From: Styela clava
Lineage: Eukaryota
NCBI RefSeq assembly: GCF_964204865.1
Contig: NC_135253.1
Coordinates: 7,750,001 to 7,814,000 of the forward strand
DNA length: 64,000 bases
Reading direction: 5' to 3'
In this document: piece by piece, positions 1 to 15,500 of the stretch
How positions within the stretch are numbered: position 1 is the stretch's first letter
Layout: each line of letters opens with the position of its first letter
Made by a program: the position numbers and the translations under genes
Notes under the pieces: model-generated
Told to the model about the DNA's origin: nothing
Database searches by the model: none
The model's input: the letters and a program-made list of their open reading frames with translations, nothing else

Positions 1-530
1 AAAATAAGTGAAATTACATAGATTTGATAGTATTATAGATGCTCATATTCAAATCATGAATCTGTTTTACAATTCATTATGACCTTTGATTTTCTAATAA
101 TGAGATCAATTGACCTGGTCATGATATAGGAAATTTTTAACTCGGTAACTTGACAAGTTCAGGTTAAAATAATGAATTTCACAAAGAATAGAATTTTTAT
201 TAGTCAAACTCTTGGTAAACATCTTTTCTTATAGCAGCAATTTGCAATTCTGTTGGATCTATGAGTCATTAAATAGTTTGTATCACATGCTAGAACTATT
301 TAATGCAATTACAACTAGAGAATTCCCAATAAACAGCATGTGAATTTTTACAAATTAATCTTTTTTTAAATTCATTTTCATTTTCAATTTAAAATTGAAC
401 AATAAAAATTTAAAATATTCAAAATTGTGATCTTGATATTATACAGTGTGATTGAAAAATATGATATGATTTGATTGAATACTGTGTTGATATCTCATTG
501 CCTATTGTAGGCAAAATCAAATAATGATAC

Positions 531-3500
531 CTGATAAAACTTCCAAAGAATCAAGGAATCCATAGTAAATATCAGTCATATTCTTCTGACAATCATCTGA
601 GTTTAAAGCAGATACAACACTCTTGTTGAACATTATTTGAGCCTGTTAGAAAACATTGATTGATAAAATTAGAATTCAATTCGTAAGAATTGCAGTCCAG
701 TACATACCTAATCAGTTGTTGTAAATTTGAAGTGCGAGAAAATAGAAACGCTACTCGTTAAACATCTGGTAAGGTGTTGGACATTGATTGCTCAACAGGA
801 TAAGCATAAATTATTCAATAATCAATAATAGTGAAGGCATGTTCATATGAGAGCACATTTAAAAGCGAATATGTTAGAAATTCATGTAGCCAAAAGTAAG
901 ATAATTTTTTATATCGAAAACACTTGATAAGACATTCAATATGTGTAATAAACTGTCAGATCAAGTAACTCCTTAAAAAATGGCAACCCGATTTATTCCT
1001 ATTGCTATAAGCTATTTTTCACATTGCACTAAAACATGCGTCAAGATATGCTTGTTCCAAAACGTGGATTTCAACTACCGTATGTGAACTCAAATTATGG
1101 ACAATTGACAAAATCATTTCTATTTTTTATGTGCGATTGATCTTACCACAGTCAATACAACTTGTCCAGGATGCTGAAGAACCCATTCATTGAGAGCAGA
1201 TAACTCAGCAGACCAAGTTAATAAGCCACTTTTTAAATGTTTTTTCACAGTATCATACATTGCCGTCTCAACATTTTGAAGCCATTGCTCAACTGGACCT
1301 CTTGCACGTACATTCCTGTAATTGAAGGAGTAAACTTCTAGTGACTTTAGCCTTAACAATTCTTATGATTTCAATGAAAATCTGGTAAGAGATAGAATTT
1401 TCTGAAATTTCGAAACAACAAATTTCTCACATGACTAAATTTGCATTCAACTACATTATCTTCATCAGCTCATGAGATAAGACCCAGACATACTCATATT
1501 ATCAGGTTATTAATGGTTCAAGCTAATAAAATAGTGCGTTATATAGTGTTCCAGGTACTATGGCCATGTAGATGTCATAACAACTGCGTAAAATAGCATA
1601 CGATTACGAAAACAAGAAACAGAAAATGTTTCACATAAGATTTTCTCCGTCAGTCTCAGTATATTCAACGAAGCAGTCTGGCTTCTAACTTTACTTACAC
1701 TTCCAAGTAAAATTTAATGAATATAAAATGTCATTTCTATAATCTAAATCACTTTTTAGACCACACAGTACATAGAATAGAAGCTACTCATCATTTCTTT
1801 TTTTTTAAAACGAGGCATTTTCCACTTTGCTACAAATAAAGCTCTATGTATACTATAATCCACAAAACTTGAAACTGGGATTTCTGACCCAATATTGCTT
1901 TCTTACACACAAACCATTAGGCCATCATTTTTTCAAAAGAATCTGCTCGAATTCAAGTTTTGCGCACTTACTTAGATGAAAAGGTGTCTAATATCTTATC
2001 AAATCCAAAAGTGACCACTGAAATACCAAGAGCTGCTGAATTATATATTCAGATAAACTAATACAATTCAATAAACACTCACTTCGGCATTGGCATAACT
2101 TCTCCTTCTGCAGAAATCATTGAACGAACAACAGGAGGTTGTTGTTGTAACAGACCTTCACCAGATTTTGCACTTTGTCGAATATCAAGTCTTCTTATGT
2201 TGGCAAAACATTTTCCGAGATGAGGTTGAATGGCTGATGGAGTTCGACCTTGCGCAAGAACATCAAGAAGTTCATCGTTACTGAGAAAGTAGAAACGAGG
2301 AAAGGAAAGACGCTTCATTTCCAAGTAATCCTGTAACAAGAACAAAAAAATTAAACTTACAAGATTATAATCAAAATGTTGTATTCACATTTAACATGAA
2401 ATAGGGAGCAATTAAATACCCCAAGTACCCCAAATAGCATTGAAAGGGTTAAATTGATATCCAAAAATATATTTATTGGACAAAAATAGAAATATAACAT
2501 AATTATAGATTAGATAAAACTAGGATCAACATTTGATGTAATAAATGAAAACACAATCCAGTTTCAAAACCTTAGCGGCAAACAATAGAGGAAAAATTGA
2601 ATATTTCAATACGATATTCTCTGAAAATATTTTTATGATTTTTAAATACTGTATATAATGTTATAATTCGGACTACATTTAGAAGGTTGATTAATATAAA
2701 TTTAACAGAGTTAATTTAAAAAAAATAGAGTTCATTTCCTGACATAACTTTATTTACATCAGCTACATTAACATTGAATTCAGCATAATCGAATAAAATC
2801 TCATAAAAATTAAATTTATTCCATTGAAGTTTTACAACTACATAAAGTTTTAACTCAATAGCTTCTCTTCACCTCAAGACTTTTATGTATTTTTTCCAAA
2901 TGTGAGTTGCTAGATTGCAATGTTTCAAAAACACCAGGAGCAGTTGCAGCCCGTAATGCATTAGGATGATCTTCAACTCTTCGCATCAATTCCTTCCACG
3001 AACGATCAACCTAATATCAGAAATAAAGAAAATTAAAATGAAATATTGAATAAAAACTTACATTCGTTTTTTTTGCAGACCATGATACACTTCCAAGATT
3101 AATTTTTTGTTCAATCGATAATGATGATTGTCCTAAAAATTAAATGTCCTTAAAACACCCAGCTGTAACTTTCATTATTTCCTAGTAAATTTACTGGTAG
3201 AATGCTTAGGAAAATAGAGAATGTGATAAGTATTTGCATCAACTGAGGAAACGTCATGATTAATTTTCTTCCTCCAATCTCTACTGGTAGAGAATGTTAG
3301 AGAACATTGGCTACTACTACCATGCTTATTATTACATAGTATAAGACGGGATTTTCTATTACATTAGAAAGCTGTTAAAATGGGACTAGTCCAAGTTAGT
3401 TATATGTTCAGGAATGGTTAGATAAGAGACCAATTTCTAACTGTGGCATCAACATTGTGATGATGAAGAGAAGCCTTCTACAATTTCTGGTACATGACAA

Positions 3501-6500
3501 CGCCCAACAGGAGTTGAATATGAATACTTACATAATGTAATCAGCAGTTTAGTGAAAAAGAGTCTTTCTGAAAGGTTTTTAAGAAGATTTGCTCAAAGCA
3601 AGGTCATGTGCACTCACTTTGAAATTAAGGAGACTCATTTTTGGGAAAATTTGGGCAACCTCATTATTGCAAAAAACTTTAAACAGCAGCTGAAGAGAGA
3701 TTCAAAGTTAATATCTAACTAAATTGTAAAACGAATTGGAATGTTTAGAAATCACTCACCTGATTAAATAGTTGAGATTCACTTTGTAATTGTCTTTGAA
3801 TATCAGCAGTTGTAAAGATTGCTTCAAGATACAACCAATTACGTTGACATTGCATCCATTCATCAAGAGTATGGGAAAACAATCCAAGACGTCTGTCCCA
3901 ATCTTCAACTTGAGTCTAAAACCAACCAAGAAAATAAGAAAACAGGCACCACCATAGTCAATGATGATCAAGTTATTTCCATGAGTTTACCTTTATAGGA
4001 GTGACATATCTTGAACCTTTAATTGTGCTTATGGTAACTTGACTTTCCTCAAGTAATGTTATGACATCATCAGCAGCAGTTATTATCATGACGGTGTGTG
4101 CGCCAGATTGATGTGAGACAAGCCTGAAGAGTAATGATATTTATAACTGAGTAATAGTTGTGAAACTGAAATTTCTCAAAAAAAGTTTAAAGTGTACCAA
4201 GTTAAAATTTAAGTGAGCAAAATTTTACAGTTTACTGCTTCTAGTTGGATTCATATGTGGCAGCTATACTATATTTACATATTTCAATTAGCTACTGTGT
4301 TTCCTAGAAAATAAGACCTAGCTTGAATTTCAAAATGATTTCAATACATGCCCTCCCTTTAAAATAAGATATAGTCGATAGTGCCAATTTTTTTTTTCTG
4401 TTACACGATTTAAATGATTAATATCTATGTTTAGCAGTTAATTTAAATAAAAACGTGTAATTTATGAGTAAATGGATATCGGTTGTCATATTTTGTATAT
4501 TTGAAAATCCAATAATTTTCTACTTTGTAATTTTGTTTTTTTATAAATGAAAATAAAAGACATCCACCAAAAATAAGCCCTAGTGGTATTTTTTGAAAGA
4601 AAATTGAAATTAGACACAGTCTTATTTTCGGGGAAACAAGGTATACTAAAAAGTAGTTGTGATTACTCAATAGTTGTCGTATAGTATGAATTATTAGAAA
4701 AACACTTTTCATCAGATATTATTAGATTTTATGCCAACCCTGAACTGGAAGCTGTATGGCATAATTATGAGTACATCAGATGACAAGCTCTTCAAGAATA
4801 AAAATGAGAAATCGATACAAAGAAAATATCACATAGATTATAGTTATCTAATTAGTTGTTAGTAGGAAAGATTATCATTAAACTAAAATAAAACTCAAAT
4901 CTCACTTGAAATCAGTGTGATGCCATAAGTCAATCAATTTTGAAAGCATATTTTCTAATGTTGATTCATTAGATGCTTGGGTTGAGATTTCAGAAATTAA
5001 ATCACGATGTTGGAAAATCTGGAAGAAGAATGGAATGCAATGTGTCAATCTAAAATGGTAAGTTCAACAAAAACAAAATAAAACCACCACAGACATAGTT
5101 ACTTTTCTCATAGTTTAGTTTGTTTACTCTATTTTTGGATACGAATCCCTATAAAAACACCAAAAGCACAATAGAAAACTTTTAATCTAAAGCAGTGAAT
5201 CTCTAACTTTCTGAGCCACACCCTTTTATAGAATTTGTCAAAGTCTTGTGCTCCAGCTCAAAAATAACTACTGGTAGTTAACAATAAGTTACAAATAACA
5301 GATAGTAAGACGAAAGTATGTTTTATTCAGAAAACATGTTGAAAATACGTGGATGGAACATAAATAATGAAATAAATGATAAGTTTCAAAAACAACCAAT
5401 GTTTGTTGTTATTTTTACTAGTTCAGTTTTTTTAACTGACAAGATGCCTAATTCAAGGTTTCGTTTGCACATGCAAAAAAAATTCACATGGTATATTAGC
5501 AATACATTTTGTATCATAGACACTACAAAATCAAATTTTCAAAGAATTTGGTTGGAAGTTACAGAATTGATCTCTAAGCACTATGGACCTTTTTAGAAAT
5601 AAAATATTACTTACTCTGAGTTCCAAGAAGTTTCCCAGAGTAAAATCTGCATTTCTGATAATGGATCTTCCAACTGCATATTGAATCTGATCCCAATGTC
5701 TTTGTTTGAGACAAGGATTATGTAATGCAGTGATCACAGGAACACCAAGTTTGAAGTCTAATACAGATTGTTTGACTCTGAATTATAGTAGAATAGATAT
5801 TTAGTTGAAGATGCAGAAAGAATTCAGGTGTATGCTATCAGAAATTGAATTCAGTAATGCTCTTTCAAATTAAATGTGTTTTACTGAAAATACAATATTG
5901 GGAGTTGCTTTTTAAAAGAATGTTGTCCTTTTTAGAACACTTGACCCACTTATTCAACTGTTCCAAATTTGAGTAGGATATATAAATAATATGGACAAAT
6001 GGTTAATGTAATCACAACAAGGAAGGAATTCATGCTATGTTCTGGGTTAAGAAAGATATAATTCTTTGACTAATGCTAGAATATTCATATGAAGTGAGAC
6101 TCATACAATTGGGAAAAGTATGGGACAGAGGGACAAAAGTAGGACATGACATTTTTAAGACACCCCATATTTGTATTAAAATCCTGATATGCTCCATATT
6201 ATTTGGCACATTGATGATTTTGATACAAAAGAAGAATCGTTTTAGAATATTCTAAATCAATAAAAATCGCAATACAAAATTACATAATAAATGGAGGAAA
6301 TTTATGTTCTGTTTTCGTATTGATATTGAAACATAAAAAAATGGTTCCTCTTTTATGCAAGCTTAACTTTAAGATGAACAAAATTTAACATTTAAAGGAT
6401 CTTGATATTTTTATCAACATGCTCTTAATAATTTTGAACATAGATTTAGAAATATTGTGTCAATTGAAAAATAAGACGATAAGAAAGAGAAGACGATAAA

Positions 6501-9500
6501 ACTGATCACAAATATAAAATCATAAGCCATTCCGATAATAAATGCAAGTGCAAATATAGAATGATTTACTTGGGAAGTATCTCATTATGTGGAAGACCTT
6601 TTTCCAACATGAATACACTTTGAGTGAAACGATTCACATTCTTCTGCAAGGAATCCACATTCAACTTGCGAAATGGTGTCGACTGAAAAACAAAAAAACA
6701 AATTATCCAGGCGTAGGCTATTAACTATGAATAAAGTCTGCTAGACATTTAGAAAAATTGATAGGCTCATTGTAAATTTAACTGTCAATTAAAAACCTAT
6801 AACTGAAAGCAGAAAACGCATGATAGTAGTTGGTTCACAACGGGTAGGTTGGAATTACAAATATTGCATAAAGCTAAAAGTGATGCAGACTAATTGAAGT
6901 TAGAGTTTAATAGTGCTCCTATATTTTAAACCAAATACAGTGAAGGACCAGTTAGTTCAACCATGAGCAAATGAGCAAAACAAAGTAGCAAGTAAAAAAA
7001 CTTATTTCCTCCAAGTTGCAATTTCATAATTTCGATAAATGTAGGGCTACTTTTCTTATTGGATTTAGTTGATGTAATATTTTCAATGCTAATATATCAC
7101 ATCTTCATGGTGTTGAGGCATGATTTTTAGGACCATAGGCTAATCGCAAAATATTTATCCTATACCCCTCTTAACCAGCTTATCTCTCCCTCCTGACCAT
7201 TAGGTAATCCCATGTGAAACATTGCGCCAAACACAATTCCATGCCTAAAAAATCAAACATACTTTCCACTCATCTAGAAGTCTAGCCCACTCATCTTGAG
7301 ATTCCCAGAGTAATTTTCTCAGAGTTAAATCTCTTTCAACTTCAGATAATTCAGCTTGTACTTGCTGAGCACTCACACTACTCATTGATGTATCAGCCAA
7401 TAATGCTTCGCTAAAGCAGAAAAATAAATGGTTAAAAAAGATGGACATTTATTTAAGGAAAATGACAAAATAATAATTAAAGTGGGAAAATGTTTAATCT
7501 GCATACATTTTATGCAGGTATTTTATTTACTGGTATGTATTCTTTGAGATGCATTCTCAGCTTCATTCAAAACAAGCATTGGTATAAATTGTGGGAAACT
7601 CAAAGATTTAAAATAGCTGAAATTTTTCCAGTTGGGCATAGGATACCCAATTGGCTTTAATGTAGCATAGAATGTTAGATACCGACAGCAAGTCTACTTG
7701 AGATCCAATCATCGCTAGCACATGCTGCAGATTTGTGACACAATATATTCCTTACGGTAATTTCCATTCATGGCATGACCACTCCAAAATATCAATACTA
7801 AAAGTATACATACACAGAGTACATATTTTTTCCTTTATGCGAATATGATGAACCAAATCTATCCTGATAATTTGCATAACTCTTTGCTTTCAAAGTCAAA
7901 TTTGCAACTTCTTCCATCAATAATTTTAAAGTTTCCAAGGCAACAACAGACAGAAGGTCAGCATTCAGAAGCTGTGGTGAAGCAACCTGAAATAGTAATC
8001 TCATTGTAAGCATATTGATCTAACAGTCCAAGGTGTAGGCTCCCCATGGTGTACCAAACCACAGAATTATTGATGAACACAAAAGTAGTTCTGTGTGAGG
8101 CAAATGTGTTAGTTAGTCTGCAAAAGAAAATAGGATAGGATTTACATATTTATCCCGAGAGAGAGAAAAGTCGATAAGACGGCTTAATCATACGGCGAAC
8201 CACAGTCTCTCGTCCGGTTACCAGTCCAGGTCGGGTATGGGATTAGTTAGCCAGTTATTTGTTTTCGAAAGCATAGACTTGATGGTGGAGGAAGCTGTAA
8301 CCGACCAGCTGTTACGTGAACCACCCTACAGCGGCAAGGTGTCCAGTAATCCTCTCGCACATGATCATCCCCGCATGGGATTCGAACCTGTGATCCCACG
8401 AAGGGTAATCAGGCAATGGCGTTGAACATGAACAGGTTTTTGACAAGTTTTTAAAATCGACTGACAGGATCAACATAAAGTCCATGCATCTGAAACAAAT
8501 AACTTGCCAAGCATTCTCATACCTGACATGAACCGGGAACCAGAGGAATTGCCATGGTATGCCATATTTTATTTGAGATGTTTCATTGGTTTTCTTCTCA
8601 CCCAGGATATATATGAAAAATCCTTCCTACATTAGCGCTGTTTTGTTTATTGGCCTATGCTGTTGTTGAAGATTGGACACCTCAGCTTCAAAATCCATGC
8701 ACACCACCCCCACGGTGCAACCAAATAGGATATGCCTTGCAGAACATACAAGATACTAATCTGTGTATTATTGATTACTTATGGGGAGGAAGCCTTGTAT
8801 AAATCACGAGTGTTAAAACACTATAAAGATCATGCTTTCTGTTGAAATTGACACATTGGTTCCTATTCAATTTTCATGCAATGTTATCTTTATGCAATAA
8901 AGAATTTGATTACCTTATTCTTAATTTCAAACAACTGATATCTGAGATCATGTATGTGCTGATCAAGATCAGTACTGAATCTCAGAATATTTTCATCTTT
9001 TCTTGCTTGACAGAACAAAACAGTAGACTTAAGATGTTGAAAAGTTGGTACCAATGTTTGATAAAGTGCTGTGTCTTCAGGATCAAGTTCTACAGAATAT
9101 TGTCGCATGATAGCAAACAATCTAAATGAAGAAGAGTAATAAAATATTGTAAATTTATATGAATTTATCTGGAAAAGACAGAGTTATGTCCGATATTGTG
9201 TGAAACTAAATTTCTATTCTCTATTTTTTGGACACAAAATGGACCAGTGAATCATATTTCAAAAATGTCAGCTAGTTGTTCTGGTAAGGGCGATAATTAT
9301 GGTGAAAAATTACTTTTCTCCAAACTAATGAATCAATCAATTTTGTCAATCAGATTTACGTTACTTAATGACGGAAAACATTGTTAGCGAGCTATAGCTT
9401 TTAATTTTCTCAACTTTTCTGTGACTTGACTCTGGGATTTTACCCCAAATTTGACTTTTTAAATTTATATGCCATTGGGTGCAATTTTAAACATTTGGTT

Positions 9501-12500
9501 AAATCAAAAAAAAAATTAATCGAAACTAATCTTTCACAATAATGCTCTATGATGGTCACTTTTAGTCACTCGTAATGAGTAAAATATTTGTATAGTGTAA
9601 TAAATAGGATTGATACATTATTTCCGAATCCCAAACTTCAATCCAGTACATGGTTTTGGTTTTGTGGAAGAAAACTTTCGGGGATTCATAAACTTTGCAT
9701 ATACAGAATTAAACCAAAGAACTCTGCTAGTTTATAGTTATACTAAACAATTGGTACTCATCAAGTATGTGAACCAAGATGGCGGAAACCAGAACGTAGT
9801 ATGTGTATCAGGTTAGGGTTAGGCCATAATTTTCTTTATTTCAGTTCTATTATGAGTTCGGGGACTAGCCGAATGACTCCCATAGTATTTGCACCTGAAA
9901 TTATGGCCTAACCCTAACCTGGTACACATGCTACATTATGGTGTCCGCCATCTTGGTGCACATATTACAAGAGTACCAAAAAAATTACTACCGATTAACA
10001 ACAGCAAACTCTTTTTCCAGAGTAGTCATTTCAGTTTCAAGACGAGCGAGAAACGTCAGGTGTTCAACAAATTGTTCAACAGATGCAGGTTCAGAATCTA
10101 ACTTCCGACATGCAGCTCTGATGACTCGAAGCAATTCTTCATTTCTATGAACCGCAATACCAGGAAGGCGTTCATGTACGGTGTCAACAACACCCTGTTA
10201 AATTAACACGAAGAAAGATGTAATTCAATTCAGCGATGAATACGTGAAGTCAATAATATTTTTATGGAGAAAATTGTGTGAAAGAAGAAAAAATATATAG
10301 AGTATTCAAGTAAAACTGAAATAGCTAGCAATCAGTCAATTGGAAGAAAATAAATCATATTCGAGATTTTAAGTTTTGAACTATGGTTTAGCATGGTTTT
10401 ATGGAATAGGTATTTATAAAACATTTGAGAATCATAATCTCGAATAATGAACAAATAATTTACTTTCTTGAAATGCCTATGAACTTCAGTGCAATACCAA
10501 ACCTAACCATACCAAAGTTATTTTTCTGAAAAAAATTTTTGTATGCAAAGCAATCAATAACAATAGCAAGCAAGCAATATGGTCGTTACAACTTTCAACA
10601 ACAACTGTTTTCAGTGGGAAAATATTTGTCATTCAATTCATGAAAACAAACTGATTAACTTTGCGCTTGTCTTGTTATAGAAGAAGTTCATTTATAATTT
10701 TGAACATTTCATAATTCATAGTTAGCAAAAATGAACTGATGAAGGACTTTAGGCAGTTAAACACACTAGAGAAAATATTCAAGCGCTAGCCATATGTAAA
10801 AGAATACTGAGAAATCAAACCATACCTGTGGAAATGGCAAACATGCATGAAAAAATGGTTTAATATCGACATGCAACATTCCAATACGCCTTCGTGGTTC
10901 CATCAATTTCATATCATAAAGCATATCAGTATGACGAGATAGAATCGCAGAGAACTCATCTGGACCCCATTCATATTCTTCTAATGATGCATTAACATCT
11001 ACAGCACGAGAATGTTCAACCATTTCACAATACCTTTGACAATTAAATTGTGAGCGATTATTAATAAATTTCTACATTGGTAAAATATTATAAATGTGGA
11101 ATCTGTTTTTCATGGGGCAAAACTAATTAAGCCTTCCCAATTTTATCACCTAATGAGGAAATTAGAAAATGAAAAATGGGGGCCCGTAAAGAAAAGAAAC
11201 AGCCATAATCCCATTTTCAATAAAGGATAATAGAACAAAAATGAATAAAATCAGTCTATAGAGTTCTCCAGTCTTAGTGGTATTCAGAAACCAAGTGGTT
11301 ACTTTCTGAATAGAACAAGATAAAAAGAGATAACCACAGTTGCTTATCCGGTCATTGGCTCAAATCAGATATAAGAATACCTAATTAGTTTAGTATTGCA
11401 GATTTGGATTTAGTTGAAAAAATTTTAAAAACAGTTTGAACACAATAGCAAATAACGTTGCCAAAGATTTGAGCCTCACACATAAACTTGGCTCACATAA
11501 TCATGGAGTATTCAAACCAGTGAAAGCTATACACAATAATCAGTGCAAGATGTACCTGAAGCATAGTACAATTAGCAAGCCATAAAACTTGGAATTCAAA
11601 ATTTCAAAATTAATAAAGTACGGTAGGTTATAGCCCATTGAACATTAAAACTAAAAAAAAAAAAGATTCAAGATCAAAATTTTAAATGTAAAAAACTTAC
11701 TTTCCATATTTTTTTGAATATTCATCAACTAAATCCACAGTGTTGTCAAGGTGGTTCATCATAATTTCAACATTGTTGACATATTCTTCATCTCCACCAA
11801 GTAATAAATCAAGATCGGGCCATGGTCGCCTAGTTTCTTCTTCCATCGCATCCTCTTCATCGTCAATATTAAGTCGAAGATCAAAAGCAGGTGCTCTTGT
11901 GAATTCATATAACGATGGTTCACGAGACATTGCTTGAAACTAAAAAGGAAAATTAGATTTACTCATAAAACTTCCATATAAAGGTTAGTTCAGATGATGG
12001 GTTACAAATAGCATACCCGATTCAAAGTCCACTAACATAGCATAAACTGGCAAAAGCCTTCAGCAGTACCAGTATTTTGATTGTACAGGTACAAATTGGG
12101 ATTGAAAATGCTTCTATATGCTTCATGGTTATGGTCATAGCAATGGATCGAACTATATTAGCAATACAGGTTAAAGATCGATGATTCAAAACCCAAGTCT
12201 CACCATCACCTCACCCAGGGTGGAATAGAAAGATTGCAATACGTACAAAAATAGTAGTTTATTGCATAGCAGTAGCTACTTATACAGTGCCTTGTTCGAA
12301 GAGAAACTTAAACTCCTTATAAAATGTGTTACTGTGATTGGAGAATGAAATCTAATAGATATTTAGCCATTCCGCAGCAATGATCTGCACAACAAATATT
12401 TAGGAAAAAATCACACACAATTCTTTAATCAATCTTATCTTATTGCTAACATCAATCACTGCAATAAAAATAATATTATCAAAAATTGAAACAAATAAGA

Positions 12501-15500
12501 ACAAAAATGTTTATGATAATGATATCTCACCCCTGCTACTACGCTTTCAAAAGTATCGAGTAAATCTTGAATTGATCTTTCGAATTCATCTTTTGTCGGT
12601 GACAAAACAACACGAGGTTTCCCATCAAGTTGTTTCGACATTCTACGAGATGAACTGTTTTAAAAAAAAATGGAACATTAAAATAAATATACTGAAATTA
12701 GTTACTGTTTTTATCAATGCTTAAATGAAATATTACCAGATAAAGAATTGATTGCTTGACCACTTGCTATTGGAAAATTATTCATTTAAATTCCCATGTC
12801 CAAGATCGATAGAATTAGACAAGGGTCTGTAGTTTTCCATTCTATTAAGGCATCTTATAAGCTTTCTTCTCCCCATAGATTTCCAAACCATCCTATCTTT
12901 TGTTTTCTTGTTTTTGAAGTCAGACACAACTTGACAATTTTACAAGTTGTGTTTCAGATGGCTATATCTCAGACCTAAGAGAAACGGGCCCTCACAAAAC
13001 ACAATAGCTCACTAAATATCATTGAATTCTTGTTTGTAGTCTTGTATGAGACACCTCACAAAAATTATAATGACATGAATAAGCAAAGATCTTCATAGTG
13101 TTTTGAGGGAATGAAAGTATTATCCAATAATAATCATAGCTATTCAAATCAATTCAACAAAATAATTCATAGTGGCAAATGGCAATGTAAAAATGTATTA
13201 GTAGGGTCTAAGGTGGAAGACAAATATAATTCACACCTTGCCAATTAGAGTATTTTTGAAATAAATAGCACTCATTTCTCAATTTCCAGCAAATCTACCT
13301 GCTTGCTTGACTCTGTGAGTCATATTCAGAAACATCATCTCTTGTACCAGATCTTACATCAGCATCATCAAAATCATCATCTGAGTTAGCTTCAAGGTTT
13401 GGAAAAGAAACTCTTTTACCACGTCGATCACGGATTGCTTCAGCTTCATCTTTCTTAGCCAACTCCTGATTGGCAATAAATGATGCTCGTCTCCTGATAA
13501 ATAAATAAATATGAGATGTAAAAACCAATGACAGAGAAATATGCTATGAGTAGCTTGCATGACTCTTCATATTGGTATGTTTGTATAAATCAGTGATTCT
13601 CAAACTAGGGTTTGAGAGCTGCATAGCCGCAAAATTTTTCATCGAAAACTAATCATTAACTCGAAATTAAAATGCTGAAGTCTATTAATTAGTCGAATGG
13701 ATTCCCCCGTGTTTATTTGCGTAGCGTTGACTAACCTATAAGATGCAATAGTAACGCAACAGTGAGCGTTTTCGCGGCCAATCGGACACTTTTCACTTGG
13801 AAAGATTTCAGACATGGCTGTAATTATTGGCTTGCTTTCGTGGATTTTCAGTTTTTGTCGTATTTCCAGATCTTATGTATAAATCAAATAACTCGATGAT
13901 TAATATAATTTCTATAGCATTTTAATTTTGTTCCAGTAATCGAAAATAGTTCCGAAAAATCTGGCGATCATCTCAAGCAGCTACTGCACCTTGCATCTTC
14001 AACGATTACGACCCGCTTTGACAAACTTATTAGAAATCAAAGCCGAATTAAATGGCTGTTAGTCTAGGGTGGGCAAAATTGAATCTTTTTTCGAATCGAA
14101 TAATTTGAATATTTTTTTATACATAACAGGGATCCAGATCGTCGGAGGTCGCTACTCCATTTGGAAATTAATAGAAACATTAAAAAGTCGGCAATAAAGC
14201 GTTTTTAATGGTTAATTTTATCATAATTGCTGATTGTCTTTGTCGATATCCTAAAGTTGGTATTCTATATTTCCGCCCTTTCTCGTTTTTGCAAGAATAA
14301 GCGGTCGCCGAATATCGAAATTTCATATTTCTAGTATACCCTTGCGTTCAAATCAGCGACAGCTGTTGAATACATTTAAGGACTGATTTCAAAACCAAAT
14401 TTATTCTATGCTGAGTTTTATCCTCTGCCTTGGATTCGATCTTCCTTATCACCGCTTGTAAATTAACCGTGCATGTTTAAAGTGAACGGTAACCGAGATG
14501 CAGATATTTATTATAATGATATTTGAGTTTCTCATGCTTTTCTATGGTGTCCGTGTTATTTTAGTATTAGATAGATAAACCTAGCAAATTTATGATTGCG
14601 TGAGTCCTGAATGTTGATATAAAATAGCGATTAAATAAATTGACAATAAAGGCATTTCTAGGCCTTTGTGCCTAATAGAGGGTCAGACGCTAATTATACC
14701 TAATTCCCTCAAGTTTCAACATTTTTTTTTCAACAAAACAACACCCCGATGGTTATTATAGCTAAAATACGTACTGAGTAATGCTCAATTTTCCTTACGG
14801 AATTTGCAAATTCAGCACTTCACTTAATGATTTTGATTATGTCATGCCCTGAGGCTTAATTATTACTGCCCAAATGCTTCAAAATTTAACAATTGTAATC
14901 ATTTTCGATGATAATAGACTCAACAAGTCAGTGTGCATTGTTACAACGAAATTCACGATTGATTTTGCGTTCTACTCTTGGCTCAACGGCCATGCAGGGT
15001 CGAGTACAATGTTACATATTCGAAACATTACTTGGCCAAGGATGGAAGGGATCACTAAAGAGCTAATACAAAGTGCTTTAAAGGGAGTAGGACATGACAT
15101 TTCTTATCTGGTTACAACTTAATGAGTGTTTTCCATACAAGTAACTCATACCAGCTTTTGGAAAAACTTTTGGCCATTTTGAAATCCATGCTATTTACAT
15201 AACTAGAGTGTTTTAACGACCTAAAATCGCCTTTTTCACAATGAAACGCCAAAAAGTCATTTTAACATTTAATTTTAATCAACTTTATGTTCGGTAATGC
15301 AAGAAATGGCTAATGACATGTCACCAAGCTTGCCGAGTTTAAATCTGGGAAATTTATTTTAAATACCTGATCTGGTTTGACGTTTCTAAATTTACGGAAC
15401 GGTCGGTACTTTTTTTTTTTGCAAAATGATGAATTGATACGTCAAGTGCAAAAATAAGCATATAACACCATAACGCAAAGACGAATTTTCAAAATTTTTC

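Noticed and set aside
9810-9920. Interstitial telomere or chromosome fusion site
   Set aside because: Only about two TTAGGG units per arm, and they are part of MITE TIRs.
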